A stretch of DNA of 64,000 nt from Eledone cirrhosa (Eukaryota): NCBI GenBank assembly GCA_964016885.1, contig OZ024743.1:137144001-137208000 (forward strand), in the 5' to 3' direction. Positions 1 to 16,600 of the stretch are shown here, in pieces. The notes below the pieces were generated by a model. It had not been told where the DNA came from. It did not search any database and saw nothing but the letters and a program-made list of their open reading frames with translations. The translations under genes were made by a program, and so were the position numbers. Numbering within the stretch: the stretch's first letter is position 1; each line of letters opens with the position of its first letter.

Positions 1-3000
1 AACACCAAGCACCAAACACCAAGCACCAAACACCAAGCACCAGGCACCAAGCACCAAACACCAAGCACCATGCACCAAACACCAAGCACCAAGCACGAAG
101 CACCAAACACCAAGCACCAAACACCAAACACTTAACACCAAGAACCAAGCACCAAGCACCAAACACCAAGCACCAAACACCAAACACCAAGCACCAAGTA
201 TCAAACACCAAGCACCAAGCACCAAACACCAAGCACCAAACACCAAACACCAAGCACCAAACACCAGCCACCAAGCACCAAGCACCAAACACCAAACACC
301 AAGCACTAAGCACCAAACACCAAACAACAAGCAGCAGGCACCAAGCACCAAACACCAAACACCAAGCACGCAGCACCAAACACCAAGCACCAAGCACCAA
401 ACACCAATCACCTAGCACCAAGCACCAAACACCAAACACCAAACACCAAGCACCAAGAACCAAACACCAAACACCAAACAGCAAGCACCAAGCACCAAAC
501 ACCAAGCACCAAACACCAAACCCCAAGCACCAATCACCAAACACTAATCACCAAGCACCAAGCACCAAACACCAAGCACCAAGCACCAAGCACCAAGCAC
601 CAAGCACCAAGCACCAAACACCAAGCACCAAGCACCAAACATCAAACACCAAACACCAAGCACCAAGCACCAAACAGCAAGCACCAAATACCATGCACCA
701 AACACCAAGCACCAAACACCAAGCCCCACGCACCAAGCACCAAACACCAAACACCAAGCACCAAGCACCAAACACTAATCACCAAGCACCAAGCCCCTAG
801 CACCAAACACCAAACACCAATCAAAAAGCACAAAACACCAAGCACCAATCACCAAGCACCAAACACCTAGCAGCAAGCAGCAAGCACCAAACACCAAACA
901 CAAAGCACCAAGCACCAAATACCAAACACCAAGCACCAAGGTCCAAACATCAAACACCAAGCACCAAACGCCTAACACCAAGCACCAAGCACCAAGCACC
1001 AAGCACCAAACACAAAAAACCAAGCACCAAGCACCAAGCAGCAAACACCAAACACCAAGCACCATGCACCAAGCACCAAACACCAAACACCAAGCACCAA
1101 ACAACAGATACCAAGCACCAAGCACCAAAGACCAAACACCAAGCCCCAAGCACCAAACACCAAACAACAAGAACCAGGCACCAAGCACCAAACACCAAAC
1201 ACCAAGCACCAAGCACCAAACACCAAACACCAAGCACGCAGCATCAAACACCAAGCACCAAGCACCAAGCACCAAAGACCAAGCACCAAGCACCAAGCAC
1301 CAAGTACCAAACACCAAACACCAAGCACCAAACACCAAACACCAAGCACCAAGCACCAAGCACGAAACACCAGGCACCAAGCACCAAGCACAAAACACCA
1401 AACACCAAGTACCAAACACCAGCCACCAAGCACCAAGCACCAAACACCAAACACCAAGCACTATGCACCAAACACCAAACAACAAGCACCAGGCACCAAG
1501 CACCAAACGCCAAACACCAAGCACGCAGCACCAAACACCAAGCACCAAGCACCAAGCACCAAACACCAAGCACCAAGCACCAAGCACCAAACACCAAACA
1601 CCAAACACCAAGCACCAAGAACCAAACACCAAACACCAAACAGCAAGCACCAAGCACCAAACACCAAACACCAAGCACCAAACACCAGCCACCAAGCACC
1701 AAGCACCAAACACCAAACACCAAGCACTAAGCACCAAACACCAAACAACAAGCAGCAGGCACCAAGCACCAAACACCAAACACCAAGCACGCAGCACCAA
1801 ACACCAAGCACCAAGCACCAAACACCCATCACCTAGCACCAAGCACCAAACACCAAACACCAAACAGCAAGCACCAAGAACCAAACACCAAACACCAAAC
1901 AGCAAGCACCAAGCACCAAACACCAAGCACCAAACACCAAACCCCAAGCACCAATCACCAAACACTAATCACCAAGCACCAAGCACCAAACACCAAGCAC
2001 CAAGCACCAAGCACCAAGCACCAAGCACCAAGCACCAAACACCAAGCACCAAGCACCAAACATCAAACACCAAACACCAAGCACCAAGCACCAAACAGCA
2101 AGCACCAAATACCAAGCACCAAACACCAAGCACCAAACACCAAGCCCCACGCACCAAGCACCAAACACCAAACACCAAGCACCAAGCACCAAACACTAAT
2201 CACCAAGCACCAAGCCCCTAGCACCAAACACCAAACACCAATCAAAAAGCACAAAACACCAAGCACCAATCACCAAGCACCAAACACCTAGCAGCAAGCA
2301 GCAAGCACCAAACACCAAACACAAAGCACCAAGCACCAAATACCAAACACCAAGCACCAAGGTCCAAACATCAAACACCAAGCACCAAACGCCTAACACC
2401 AAGCACCAAGCACCAAGCACCAAGCACCAAACACAAAACACCAAGCACCAAGCACCAAGCAGCAAACACCAAACACCAAGCACCATGCACCAAGCACCAA
2501 ACACCAGATACCAAGCACCAAGCACCAAACACCAAACACCAAGCACCAAGCACCAAACACCAAACAACAAGAACCAGGCACCAAGCACCAAACACCAAAC
2601 ACCAAGCACCAAGCACCAAACACCAAACACCAAGCACGCAGCATCAAACACCAAGCACCAAGCACCAAGCACCAAAGACCAAGCACCAAGCACCAAGCAC
2701 CAAGTACCAAACACCAAACACCAAGCACCAAACACCAAACACCAAGCACCAAGAACCAAACACCAAACACCAAACAGCAAGCACCAAGCACCAAACACCA
2801 AGCACCAAACACCAAACCCCAAGCACCAATCACCAAACACTAATCACCAAGCACCAAGCACCAAACACCAAGCACCAAGCAGCAAGCACCAAACACCAAG
2901 CACCAAGCACCAAGCACCAAGCACCAAGCACCAATCACCAAACACCAAGCACCAAGCACCAAACACCAAGCACCAGGCACCAAGCACCAAACACCAAGCA

Positions 3001-6000
3001 CCAAACACCAAGCACCAAGCACCAAACACCAAGCACCAAGACCGAAGCACCAAACACCAAGCACCAAACTCCAAACACAAAACACCAAGCACCAAGCAGC
3101 AAGCACCAAGCACCAAACACCAATCACCTAGCACCAAGCACCAAACACCAAACACCAAACACCAAGCACCAAGAACCAAACACCAAACACCAAACAGCAA
3201 GCACCAAGCACCAAACACCAAGCACCAAACACCAAACCCCAAGCACCAATCACCAAACACTAATCACCATGCACCAAGCACCAAACACCAAGCACCAAGC
3301 AGCAAGCACCAAACACCAAGCACCAAGCACCAAGCACCAAGCACCAAGCACCAAGCACCAAACACCAAGCACCAAACACCAAACAACAAGAACCAGGCAC
3401 CAAGCACCAAACACCAAACACCAAGCACCAAGCACCAAAGACCAAGCACCAAGCGCCAAGCACCAAGTACCAAACACCAAACACCAAGCACCAAACACCA
3501 AACACCAAGCACCAAGCACCAAGCACGAAACACCAGGCACCAAGCACCAAGCACAAAACACCAAACACCAAGCACCAAACACCAGCCACCAAGCACCAAG
3601 CACCAAACACCAAACACCAAGCACTATGCACAAACACCAAACAACAAGCACCAGGCACCAAGCACCAAACGCCAAACACCAAGCACGCAGCACCAAACAC
3701 CAAGCACCAAGCACCAAGCACCAAACACCAAGCACCAAGCACCAAGCACCAAACACCAAACACCAAACACCAAGCACCAAGAACCAAACCCCAAACACCA
3801 AACAGCAAGCACCAAGCACCAAACACCAGGCACCAAACACCAAACCCCAAGCACCAATCACCAAACACTAATCAACAAGCACCAAGCACCAAACACGAAG
3901 CACCAAGCAGCAAGCACCAAACACCAAGCACCAAGCACCAAGCACCAAGCACCAAACACCAAGCACCAAGCACCAAACACCAAACCTCAAGCACCAAAGA
4001 CCAAGCACCAAGCACCAAGCACCAAGCACCAAACACCAAGCACCAAGCACCAAACACCAAACACCAAACACCAAGCACCAAGCACCAAACAGCAAGCACC
4101 AAACACCAAACAACAAACAGCAAACGCCAAACACCAAGCACCAAGCACCAAGCACCAAACACCAAGCACCAAGCACCAAGCAAAAATCAGCAAACACCAA
4201 GCACCAAGGACCAAACATCAAACACCAAGCAGCAAGCACCAAACACCGAACACCAAACACCGAACACCAATCACCAAGCACCAAGCACAAAGCACCGAAC
4301 ACCAAGCACCAAACACCAAGCACCAAACACCAAGCACCAAACACCAAGCACCAGGCACCAAGCACCAAACACCAAGCACCATGCACCAAACACCAAGCAC
4401 CAAGCACGAAGCACCAAACACCAAGCACCAAACACCAAACACTTAACACCAAGAACCAAGCACCAAGCACCAAACACCAAGCACCAAACACCAAACACCA
4501 AGCACCAAGTATCAAACACCAAGCACCAAGCACCAAACACCAAGCACCAAACACCAAACACCAAGCACCAAACACCAGCCACCAAGCACCAAGCACCAAA
4601 CACCAAACACCAAGCACTAAGCACCAAACACCAAACAACAAGCAGCAGGCACCAAGCACCAAACACCAAACACCAAGCACGCAGCACCAAACACCAAGCA
4701 CCAAGCACCAAACACCAATCACCTAGCACCAAGCACCAAACACCAAACACCAAACACCAAGCACCAAGAACCAAACACCAAACACCAAACAGCAAGCACC
4801 AAGCACCAAACACCAAGCACCAAACACCAAACCCCAAGCACCAATCACCAAACACTAATCACCAAGCACCAAGCACCAAACACCAAGCACCAAGCACCAA
4901 GCACCAAGCACCAAGCACCAAGCACCAAACACCAAGCACCAAGCACCAAACATCAAACACCAAACACCAAGCACCAAGCACCAAACAGCAAGCACCAAAT
5001 ACCAAGCACCAAACACCAAGCACCAAACACCAAGCCCCACGCACCAAGCACCAAACACCAAACACCAAGCACCAAGCACCAAACACTAATCACCAAGCAC
5101 CAAGCCCCTAGCACCAAACACCAAACACCAATCAAAAAGCACAAAACACCAAGCACCAATCACCAAGCACCAAACACCTAGCAGCAAGCAGCAAGCACCA
5201 AACACCAAACACAAAGCACCAAGCACCAAATACCAAACACCAAGCACCAAGGTCCAAACATCAAACACCAAGCACCAAACGCCTAACACCAAGCACCAAG
5301 CACCAAGCACCAAGCACCAAACACAAAAAACCAAGCACCAAGCACCAAGCAGCAAACACCAAACACCAAGCACCATGCACCAAGCACCAAACACCAAACA
5401 CCAAGCACCAAACAACAGATACCAAGCACCAAGCACCAAAGACCAAACACCAAGCCCCAAGCACCAAACACCAAACAACAAGAACCAGGCACCAAGCACC
5501 AAACACCAAACACCAAGCACCAAGCACCAAACACCAAACACCAAGCACGCAGCATCAAACACCAAGCACCAAGCACCAAGCACCAAAGACCAAGCACCAA
5601 GCACCAAGCACCAAGTACCAAACACCAAACACCAAGCACCAAACACCAAACACCAAGCACCAAGCACCAAGCACGAAACACCAGGCACCAAGCACCAAGC
5701 ACAAAACACCAAACACCAAGTACCAAACACCAGCCACCAAGCACCAAGCACCAAACACCAAACACCAAGCACTATGCACCAAACACCAAACAACAAGCAC
5801 CAGGCACCAAGCACCAAACGCCAAACACCAAGCACGCAGCACCAAACACCAAGCACCAAGCACCAAGCACCAAACACCAAGCACCAAGCACCAAGCACCA
5901 AACACCAAACACCAAACACCAAGCACCAAGAACCAAACACCAAACACCAAACAGCAAGCACCAAGCACCAAACACCAAACACCAAGCACCAAACACCAGC

Positions 6001-9000
6001 CACCAAGCACCAAGCACCAAACACCAAACACCAAGCACTAAGCACCAAACACCAAACAACAAGCAGCAGGCACCAAGCACCAAACACCAAACACCAAGCA
6101 CGCAGCACCAAACACCAAGCACCAAGCACCAAACACCCATCACCTAGCACCAAGCACCAAACACCAAACACCAAACAGCAAGCACCAAGAACCAAACACC
6201 AAACACCAAACAGCAAGCACCAAGCACCAAACACCAAGCACCAAACACCAAACCCCAAGCACCAATCACCAAACACTAATCACCAAGCACCAAGCACCAA
6301 ACACCAAGCACCAAGCACCAAGCACCAAGCACCAAGCACCAAGCACCAAACACCAAGCACCAAGCACCAAACATCAAACACCAAACACCAAGCACCAAGC
6401 ACCAAACAGCAAGCACCAAATACCAAGCACCAAACACCAAGCACCAAACACCAAGCCCCACGCACCAAGCACCAAACACCAAACACCAAGCACCAAGCAC
6501 CAAACACTAATCACCAAGCACCAAGCCCCTAGCACCAAACACCAAACACCAATCAAAAAGCACAAAACACCAAGCACCAATCACCAAGCACCAAACACCT
6601 AGCAGCAAGCAGCAAGCACCAAACACCAAACACAAAGCACCAAGCACCAAATACCAAACACCAAGCACCAAGGTCCAAACATCAAACACCAAGCACCAAA
6701 CGCCTAACACCAAGCACCAAGCACCAAGCACCAAGCACCAAACACAAAACACCAAGCACCAAGCACCAAGCAGCAAACACCAAACACCAAGCACCATGCA
6801 CCAAGCACCAAACACCAGATACCAAGCACCAAGCACCAAACACCAAACACCAAGCACCAAGCACCAAACACCAAACAACAAGAACCAGGCACCAAGCACC
6901 AAACACCAAACACCAAGCACCAAGCACCAAACACCAAACACCAAGCACGCAGCATCAAACACCAAGCACCAAGCACCAAGCACCAAAGACCAAGCACCAA
7001 GCACCAAGCACCAAGTACCAAACACCAAACACCAAGCACCAAACACCAAACACCAAGCACCAAGAACCAAACACCAAACACCAAACAGCAAGCACCAAGC
7101 ACCAAACACCAAGCACCAAACACCAAACCCCAAGCACCAATCACCAAACACTAATCACCAAGCACCAAGCACCAAACACCAAGCACCAAGCAGCAAGCAC
7201 CAAACACCAAGCACCAAGCACCAAGCACCAAGCACCAAGCACCAATCACCAAACACCAAGCACCAAGCACCAAACACCAAGCACCAGGCACCAAGCACCA
7301 AACACCAAGCACCAAACACCAAGCACCAAGCACCAAACACCAAGCACCAAGACCGAAGCACCAAACACCAAGCACCAAACTCCAAACACAAAACACCAAG
7401 CACCAAGCAGCAAGCACCAAGCACCAAACACCAATCACCTAGCACCAAGCACCAAACACCAAACACCAAACACCAAGCACCAAGAACCAAACACCAAACA
7501 CCAAACAGCAAGCACCAAGCACCAAACACCAAGCACCAAACACCAAACCCCAAGCACCAATCACCAAACACTAATCACCATGCACCAAGCACCAAACACC
7601 AAGCACCAAGCAGCAAGCACCAAACACCAAGCACCAAGCACCAAGCACCAAGCACCAAGCACCAAGCACCAAACACCAAGCACCAAACACCAAACAACAA
7701 GAACCAGGCACCAAGCACCAAACACCAAACACCAAGCACCAAGCACCAAAGACCAAGCACCAAGCGCCAAGCACCAAGTACCAAACACCAAACACCAAGC
7801 ACCAAACACCAAACACCAAGCACCAAGCACCAAGCACGAAACACCAGGCACCAAGCACCAAGCACAAAACACCAAACACCAAGCACCAAACACCAGCCAC
7901 CAAGCACCAAGCACCAAACACCAAACACCAAGCACTATGCACAAACACCAAACAACAAGCACCAGGCACCAAGCACCAAACGCCAAACACCAAGCACGCA
8001 GCACCAAACACCAAGCACCAAGCACCAAGCACCAAACACCAAGCACCAAGCACCAAGCACCAAACACCAAACACCAAACACCAAGCACCAAGAACCAAAC
8101 CCCAAACACCAAACAGCAAGCACCAAGCACCAAACACCAGGCACCAAACACCAAACCCCAAGCACCAATCACCAAACACTAATCAACAAGCACCAAGCAC
8201 CAAACACGAAGCACCAAGCAGCAAGCACCAAACACCAAGCACCAAGCACCAAGCACCAAGCACCAAACACCAAGCACCAAGCACCAAACACCAAACCTCA
8301 AGCACCAAAGACCAAGCACCAAGCACCAAGCACCAAGCACCAAACACCAAGCACCAAGCACCAAACACCAAACACCAAACACCAAGCACCAAGCACCAAA
8401 CAGCAAGCACCAAACACCAAACAACAAACAGCAAACGCCAAACACCAAGCACCAAGCACCAAGCACCAAACACCAAGCACCAAGCACCAAGCAAAAATCA
8501 GCAAACACCAAGCACCAAGGACCAAACATCAAACACCAAGCAGCAAGCACCAAACACCGAACACCAAACACCGAACACCAATCACCAAGCACCAAGCACA
8601 AAGCACCGAACACCAAGCACCAAACACCAAGCACCAAACACCAAGCACCAAACACCAAGCACCAGGCACCAAGCACCAAACACCAAGCACCATGCACCAA
8701 ACACCAAGCACCAAGCACGAAGCACCAAACACCAAGCACCAAACACCAAACACTTAACACCAAGAACCAAGCACCAAGCACCAAACACCAAGCACCAAAC
8801 ACCAAACACCAAGCACCAAGTATCAAACACCAAGCACCAAGCACCAAACACCAAGCACCAAACACCAAACACCAAGCACCAAACACCAGCCACCAAGCAC
8901 CAAGCACCAAACACCAAACACCAAGCACTAAGCACCAAACACCAAACAACAAGCAGCAGGCACCAAGCACCAAACACCAAACACCAAGCACGCAGCACCA

Positions 9001-10600
9001 AACACCAAGCACCAAGCACCAAACACCAATCACCTAGCACCAAGCACCAAACACCAAACACCAAACACCAAGCACCAAGAACCAAACACCAAACACCAAA
9101 CAGCAAGCACCAAGCACCAAACACCAAGCACCAAACACCAAACCCCAAGCACCAATCACCAAACACTAATCACCAAGCACCAAGCACCAAACACCAAGCA
9201 CCAAGCACCAAGCACCAAGCACCAAGCACCAAGCACCAAACACCAAGCACCAAGCACCAAACATCAAACACCAAACACCAAGCACCAAGCACCAAACAGC
9301 AAGCACCAAATACCAAGCACCAAACACCAAGCACCAAACACCAAGCCCCACGCACCAAGCACCAAACACCAAACACCAAGCACCAAGCACCAAACACTAA
9401 TCACCAAGCACCAAGCCCCTAGCACCAAACACCAAACACCAATCAAAAAGCACAAAACACCAAGCACCAATCACCAAGCACCAAACACCTAGCAGCAAGC
9501 AGCAAGCACCAAACACCAAACACAAAGCACCAAGCACCAAATACCAAACACCAAGCACCAAGGTCCAAACATCAAACACCAAGCACCAAACGCCTAACAC
9601 CAAGCACCAAGCACCAAGCACCAAGCACCAAACACAAAAAACCAAGCACCAAGCACCAAGCAGCAAACACCAAACACCAAGCACCATGCACCAAGCACCA
9701 AACACCAAACACCAAGCACCAAACAACAGATACCAAGCACCAAGCACCAAAGACCAAACACCAAGCCCCAAGCACCAAACACCAAACAACAAGAACCAGG
9801 CACCAAGCACCAAACACCAAACACCAAGCACCAAGCACCAAACACCAAACACCAAGCACGCAGCATCAAACACCAAGCACCAAGCACCAAGCACCAAAGA
9901 CCAAGCACCAAGCACCAAGCACCAAGTACCAAACACCAAACACCAAGCACCAAACACCAAACACCAAGCACCAAGCACCAAGCACGAAACACCAGGCACC
10001 AAGCACCAAGCACAAAACACCAAACACCAAGTACCAAACACCAGCCACCAAGCACCAAGCACCAAACACCAAACACCAAGCACTATGCACCAAACACCAA
10101 ACAACAAGCACCAGGCACCAAGCACCAAACGCCAAACACCAAGCACGCAGCACCAAACACCAAGCACCAAGCACCAAGCACCAAACACCAAGCACCAAGC
10201 ACCAAGCACCAAACACCAAACACCAAACACCAAGCACCAAGAACCAAACACCAAACACCAAACAGCAAGCACCAAGCACCAAACACCAAACACCAAGCAC
10301 CAAACACCAGCCACCAAGCACCAAGCACCAAACACCAAACACCAAGCACTAAGCACCAAACACCAAACAACAAGCAGCAGGCACCAAGCACCAAACACCA
10401 AACACCAAGCACGCAGCACCAAACACCAAGCACCAAGCACCAAACACCCATCACCTAGCACCAAGCACCAAACACCAAACACCAAACAGCAAGCAGCAAG
10501 AACCAAACACCAAACACCAAACAGCAAGCACCAAGCACCAAACACCAAGCACCAAACACCAAACCCCAAGCACCAATCACCAAACACTAATCACCAAGCA
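1..10600 (+). repeat. Near-identical 4,311-bp tandem higher-order repeat (~2.5 copies visible)
   Basis: CACTTAA at 129, 4440, 8751 and CCCCTAG at 794, 5105, 9416. The ORF track recurs at +4311 (1064/5375/9686; 2485/6796). Confidence 0.95.
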
Positions 10601-13600
10601 CCAAGCACCAAACACCAAGCACCAAGCACCAAGCACCAAGCACCAAGCACCAAGCACCAAGCACCAAGCACCAAACATCAAACACCAAACACCAAGCACC
10701 AAGCACCAAACAGCAAGCACCAAATACCAAGCACCAAACACCAAGCACCAAACACCAAGCCCCACGCACCAAGCACCAAACACCAAACACCAAGCACCAA
10801 GCACCAAACACTAATCACCAAGCACCAAGCCCCTAGCACCAAACACCAAACAGCAATCAAAAAGCACAAAACACCAAGCACCAATCACCAAGCACCAAAC
10901 ACCTAGCAGCAAGCAGCAAGCACCAAACACCAAACACAAAGCACCAAGCACCAAATACCAAACACCAAGCACCAAGGTCCAAACATCAAACACCAAGCAC
11001 CAAACGCCTAACACCAAGCACCAAGCACCAAGCACCAAGCACCAAACACAAAACACCAAGCACCAAGCACCAAGCAGCAAACACCAAACACCAAGCACCA
11101 TGCACCAAGCACCAAACACCAGATACCAAGCACCAAGCACCAAACACCAAACACCAAGCACCAAGCACCAAACACCAAACAACAAGAACCAGGCACCAAG
11201 CACCAAACACCAAACACCAAGCACCAAGCACCAAACACCAAACACCAAGCACGCAGCATCAAACACCAAGCACCAAGCACCAAGCACCAAAGACCAAGCA
11301 CCAAGCACCAAGCACCAAGTACCAAACACCAAACACCAAGCACCAAACACCAAACACCAAGCACCAAGCACCAAGCACGAAACACCAGGCACCAAGCACC
11401 AAGCACAAAACACCAAACACCAAGCACCAAACACCAGCCACCAAGCACCAAGCACCAAACACCAAACACCAAGCACTATCCACCAAACACCAAACAACAA
11501 GCACCAGGCACCAAGCACCAAACGCCAAACACCAAGCACGCAGCACCAAACACCAAGCACCAAGCACCAAGCACCAAACACCAAGCACCAAGCAGCAAGC
11601 ACCAAACACCAAACACCAAACACCAAGCACCAAGAACCAAACACCAAACACCAAACAGCAAGCACCAAGCACCAAACACCAAGCACCAAACACCAAACCC
11701 CAAGCACCAATCACCAAGCACTAATCAACAAGCACCAAGCACCAAACACGAAGCACCAAGCAGCAAGCACCAAACACCAAACCCCAAGCACCAATCACCA
11801 AACACTAATCAACAAGCACCAAGCACCAAACACGAAGCACCAAGCAGCAAGCAGCAAACACCAAGCATCAAACACCAAACACCAAACACCAAGCACCAAA
11901 CACCAAGCACCAAGCACCAAACACCAAACACCAAGCACCAAGCACCAAGCACCAAACACCAGATACCAAGCACCAAGCACCAAACACCTAACACCAAGCA
12001 CCAAGCACCAAGCACCAAGCACCAAACACCAAGCACCAATCACCAAACACCAAGCACCAAGCACCAAACACCAAGCACCAAACACCAGATACCAAGCACC
12101 AAGCACCAAACACCAAACACCAAGCACCAAGCAGCAAACACCAAACAACAAGCACCAGGCACCAAGCACCAAACACCAAACACCAAGCACGCAGCATCAA
12201 ACACCAAGCACCAAGCACCAAGCACCAAACACCAATCACCAAGCACCAAGCACCAAGTACCAAACACCAACCACCAAGCACCAAACACCAAGCACCAAGC
12301 AGCAAGCACCAAACACCAAGCACCAAGCACCAAGCACCAAGCACCAAGCACCAATCACCAAACACCAAGCACCAAGCACCAAACACCAAGCACCAGGCAC
12401 CAAGCACCAAACACCAAGCACCAAACACCAAGCACCAAGCACCAAACACCAAGCACCAAGACCGAAGCACCAAACACCAAGCACCAAACTCCAAACACAA
12501 AACACCAAGCACCAAGCAGCAAGCACCAAGCACCAAACACCAATCACCTAGCACCAAGCACCAAACACCAAACACCAAACACCAAGCACCAAGAACCAAA
12601 CACCAAACACCAAACAGCAAGCATCAAGCACCAAACACCAAGCACCAAACACCAAACCCCAAGCACCAATCACCAAACACTAATCACCATGCACCAAGCA
12701 CCAAACACCAAGCACCAAGCAGCAAGCACCAAACACCAAGCACCAAGCACCAAGCACCAAGCACCAAGCACCAAGCACCAAACACCAAGCACCAAACACC
12801 AAACAACAAGAACCAGGCACCAAGCACCAAACACCAAACACCAAGCACCAAGCACCAAAGACCAAGCACCAAGCGCCAAGCACCAAGTACCAAACACCAA
12901 ACACCAAGCACCAAACACCAAACACCAAGCACCAAGCACCAAGCACGAAACACCAGGCACCAAGCACCAAGCACAAAACACCAAACACCAAGCACCAAAC
13001 ACCAGCCACCAAGCACCAAGCACCAAACACCAAACACCAAGCACTATGCACCAAACACCAAACAACAAGCACCAGGCACCAAGCACCAAACGCCAAACAC
13101 CAAGCACGCAGCACCAAACACCAAGCACCAAGCACCAAGCACCAAACACCAAGCACCAAGCACCAAGCACCAAACACCAAACACCAAACACCAAGCACCA
13201 AGAACCAAACCCCAAACACCAAACAGCAAGCACCAAGCACCAAACACCAAGCACCAAACACCAAACCCCAAGCACCAATCACCAAACACTAATCAACAAG
13301 CACCAAGCACCAAACACGAAGCACCAAGCAGCAAGCACCAAACACCAAGCACCAAGCACCAAGCACCAAGCACCAAACACCAAGCACCAAGCACCAAACA
13401 CCAAACCTCAAGCACCAAAGACCAAGCACCAAGCACCAAGCACCAAGCACCAAACACCAAGCACCAAGCACCAAACACCAAACACCAAACACCAAGCACC
13501 AAGCACCAAACAGCAAGCACCAAACACCAAACAACAAACAGCAAACGCCAAACACCAAGCACCAAGCACCAAGCACCAAACACCAAGCACCAAGCACCAA

Positions 13601-16600
13601 GCAAAAATCAGCAAACACCAAGCACCAAGGACCAAACATCAAACACCAAGCAGCAAGCACCAAACACCGAACACCAAACACCGAACACCAATCACCAAGC
13701 ACCAAGCACAAAGCACCGAACACCAAGCACCAAACACCAAGCACCAAACACCAAGCACCAAACACCAAGCACCAGGCACCAAGCACCAAACACCAAGCAC
13801 CATGCACCAAACACCAAGCACCAAGCACGAAGCACCAAACACCAAGCACCAAACACCAAACACTTAACACCAAGAACCAAGCACCAAGCACCAAACACCA
13901 AGCACCAAACACCAAACACCAAGCACCAAGTATCAAACACCAAGCACCAAGCACCAAACACCAAGCACCAAACACCAAACACCAAGCACCAAACACCAGC
14001 CACCAAGCACCAAGCACCAAACACCAAACACCAAGCACTAAGCACCAAACACCAAACAACAAGCAGCAGGCACCAAGCACCAAACACCAAACACCAAGCA
14101 CGCAGCACCAAACACCAAGCACCAAGCACCAAACACCAATCACCTAGCACCAAGCACCAAACACCAAACACCAAACACCAAGCACCAAGAACCAAACACC
14201 AAACACCAAACAGCAAGCACCAAGCACCAAACACCAAGCACCAAACACCAAACCCCAAGCACCAATCACCAAACACTAATCACCAAGCACCAAGCACCAA
14301 ACACCAAGCACCAAGCACCAAGCACCAAGCACCAAGCACCAAGCACCAAACACCAAGCACCAAGCACCAAACATCAAACACCAAACACCAAGCACCAAGC
14401 ACCAAACAGCAAGCACCAAATACCAAGCACCAAACACCAAGCACCAAACACCAAGCCCCACGCACCAAGCACCAAACACCAAACACCAAGCACCAAGCAC
14501 CAAACACTAATCACCAAGCACCAAGCCCCTAGCACCAAACACCAAACACCAATCAAAAAGCACAAAACACCAAGCACCAATCACCAAGCACCAAACACCT
14601 AGCAGCAAGCAGCAAGCACCAAACACCAAACACAAAGCACCAAGCACCAAATACCAAACACCAAGCACCAAGGTCCAAACATCAAACACCAAGCACCAAA
14701 CGCCTAACACCAAGCACCAAGCACCAAGCACCAAGCACCAAACACAAAAAACCAAGCACCAAGCACCAAGCAGCAAACACCAAACACCAAGCACCATGCA
14801 CCAAGCACCAAACACCAAACACCAAGCACCAAACAACAGATACCAAGCACCAAGCACCAAAGACCAAACACCAAGCCCCAAGCACCAAACACCAAACAAC
14901 AAGAACCAGGCACCAAGCACCAAACACCAAACACCAAGCACCAAGCACCAAACACCAAACACCAAGCACGCAGCATCAAACACCAAGCACCAAGCACCAA
15001 GCACCAAAGACCAAGCACCAAGCACCAAGCACCAAGTACCAAACACCAAACACCAAGCACCAAACACCAAACACCAAGCACCAAGCACCAAGCACGAAAC
15101 ACCAGGCACCAAGCACCAAGCACAAAACACCAAACACCAAGCACCAAACACCAGCCACCAAGCACCAAGCACCAAACACCAAACACCAAGCACTATGCAC
15201 CAAACACCAAACAACAAGCACCAGGCACCAAGCACCAAACGCCAAACACCAAGCACGCAGCACCAAACACCAAGCACCAAGCACCAAGCACCAAACACCA
15301 AGCACCAAGCACCAAGCACCAAACACCAAACACCAAACACCAAGCACCAAGAACCAAACACCAAACACCAAACAGCAAGCATCAAGCACCAAACACCAAA
15401 CACCAAGCACCAAACACCAGCCACCAAGCACCAAGCACCAAACACCAAACACCAAGCACTAAGCACCAAACACCAAACAACAAGCAGCAGGCACCAAGCA
15501 CCAAACACCAAACACCAAGCACGCAGCACCAAACACCAAGCACCAAGCACCAAACACCCATCACCTAGCACCAAGCACCAAACACCAAACACCAAACAGC
15601 AAGCACCAAGAACCAAACACCAAACACCAAACAGCAAGCACCAAGCACCAAACACCAAGCACCAAACACCAAACCCCAAGCACCAATCACCAAACACTAA
15701 TCACCAAGCACCAAGCACCAAACACCAAGCACCAAGCACCAAGCACCAAGCACCAAGCACCAAGCACCAAACACCAAGCACCAAGCACCAAACATCAAAC
15801 ACCAAACACCAAGCACCAAGCACCAAACAGCAAGCACCAAATACCAAGCACCAAACACCAAGCACCAAACACCAAGCCCCACGCACCAAGCACCAAACAC
15901 CAAACACCAAGCACCAAGCACCAAACACTAATCACCAAGCACCAAGCCCCTAGCACCAAACACCAAACACCAATCAAAAAGCACAAAACACCAAGCACCA
16001 ATCACCAAGCACCAAACACCTAGCAGCAAGCAGCAAGCACCAAACACCAAACACAAAGCACCAAGCACCAAATACCAAACACCAAGCACCAAGGTCCAAA
16101 CATCAAACACCAAGCACCAAACGCCTAACACCAAGCACCAAGCACCAAGCACCAAGCACCAAACACAAAACACCAAGCACCAAGCACCAAGCAGCAAACA
16201 CCAAACACCAAGCACCATGCACCAAGCACCAAACACCAGATACCAAGCACCAAGCACCAAACACCAAACACCAAGCACCAAGCACCAAACACCAAACAAC
16301 AAGAACCAGGCACCAAGCACCAAACACCAAACACCAAGCACCAAGCACCAAACACCAAACACCAAGCACGCAGCATCAAACACCAAGCACCAAGCACCAA
16401 GCACCAAAGACCAAGCACCAAGCACCAAGCACCAAGTACCAAACACCAAACACCAAGCACCAAACACCAAACACCAAGCACCAAGCACCAAGCACGAAAC
16501 ACCAGGCACCAAGCACCAAGCACAAAACACCAAACACCAAGCACCAAACACCAGCCACCAAGCACCAAGCACCAAACACCAAACACCAAGCACTATCCAC

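Noticed and set aside
775-1965. Minus-strand hydrophobic W/C/L/V/G-rich ORFs resembling membrane proteins
   Set aside because: They are present in all three minus frames throughout the window as a direct consequence of YTTGGTG, with no independent coding evidence.
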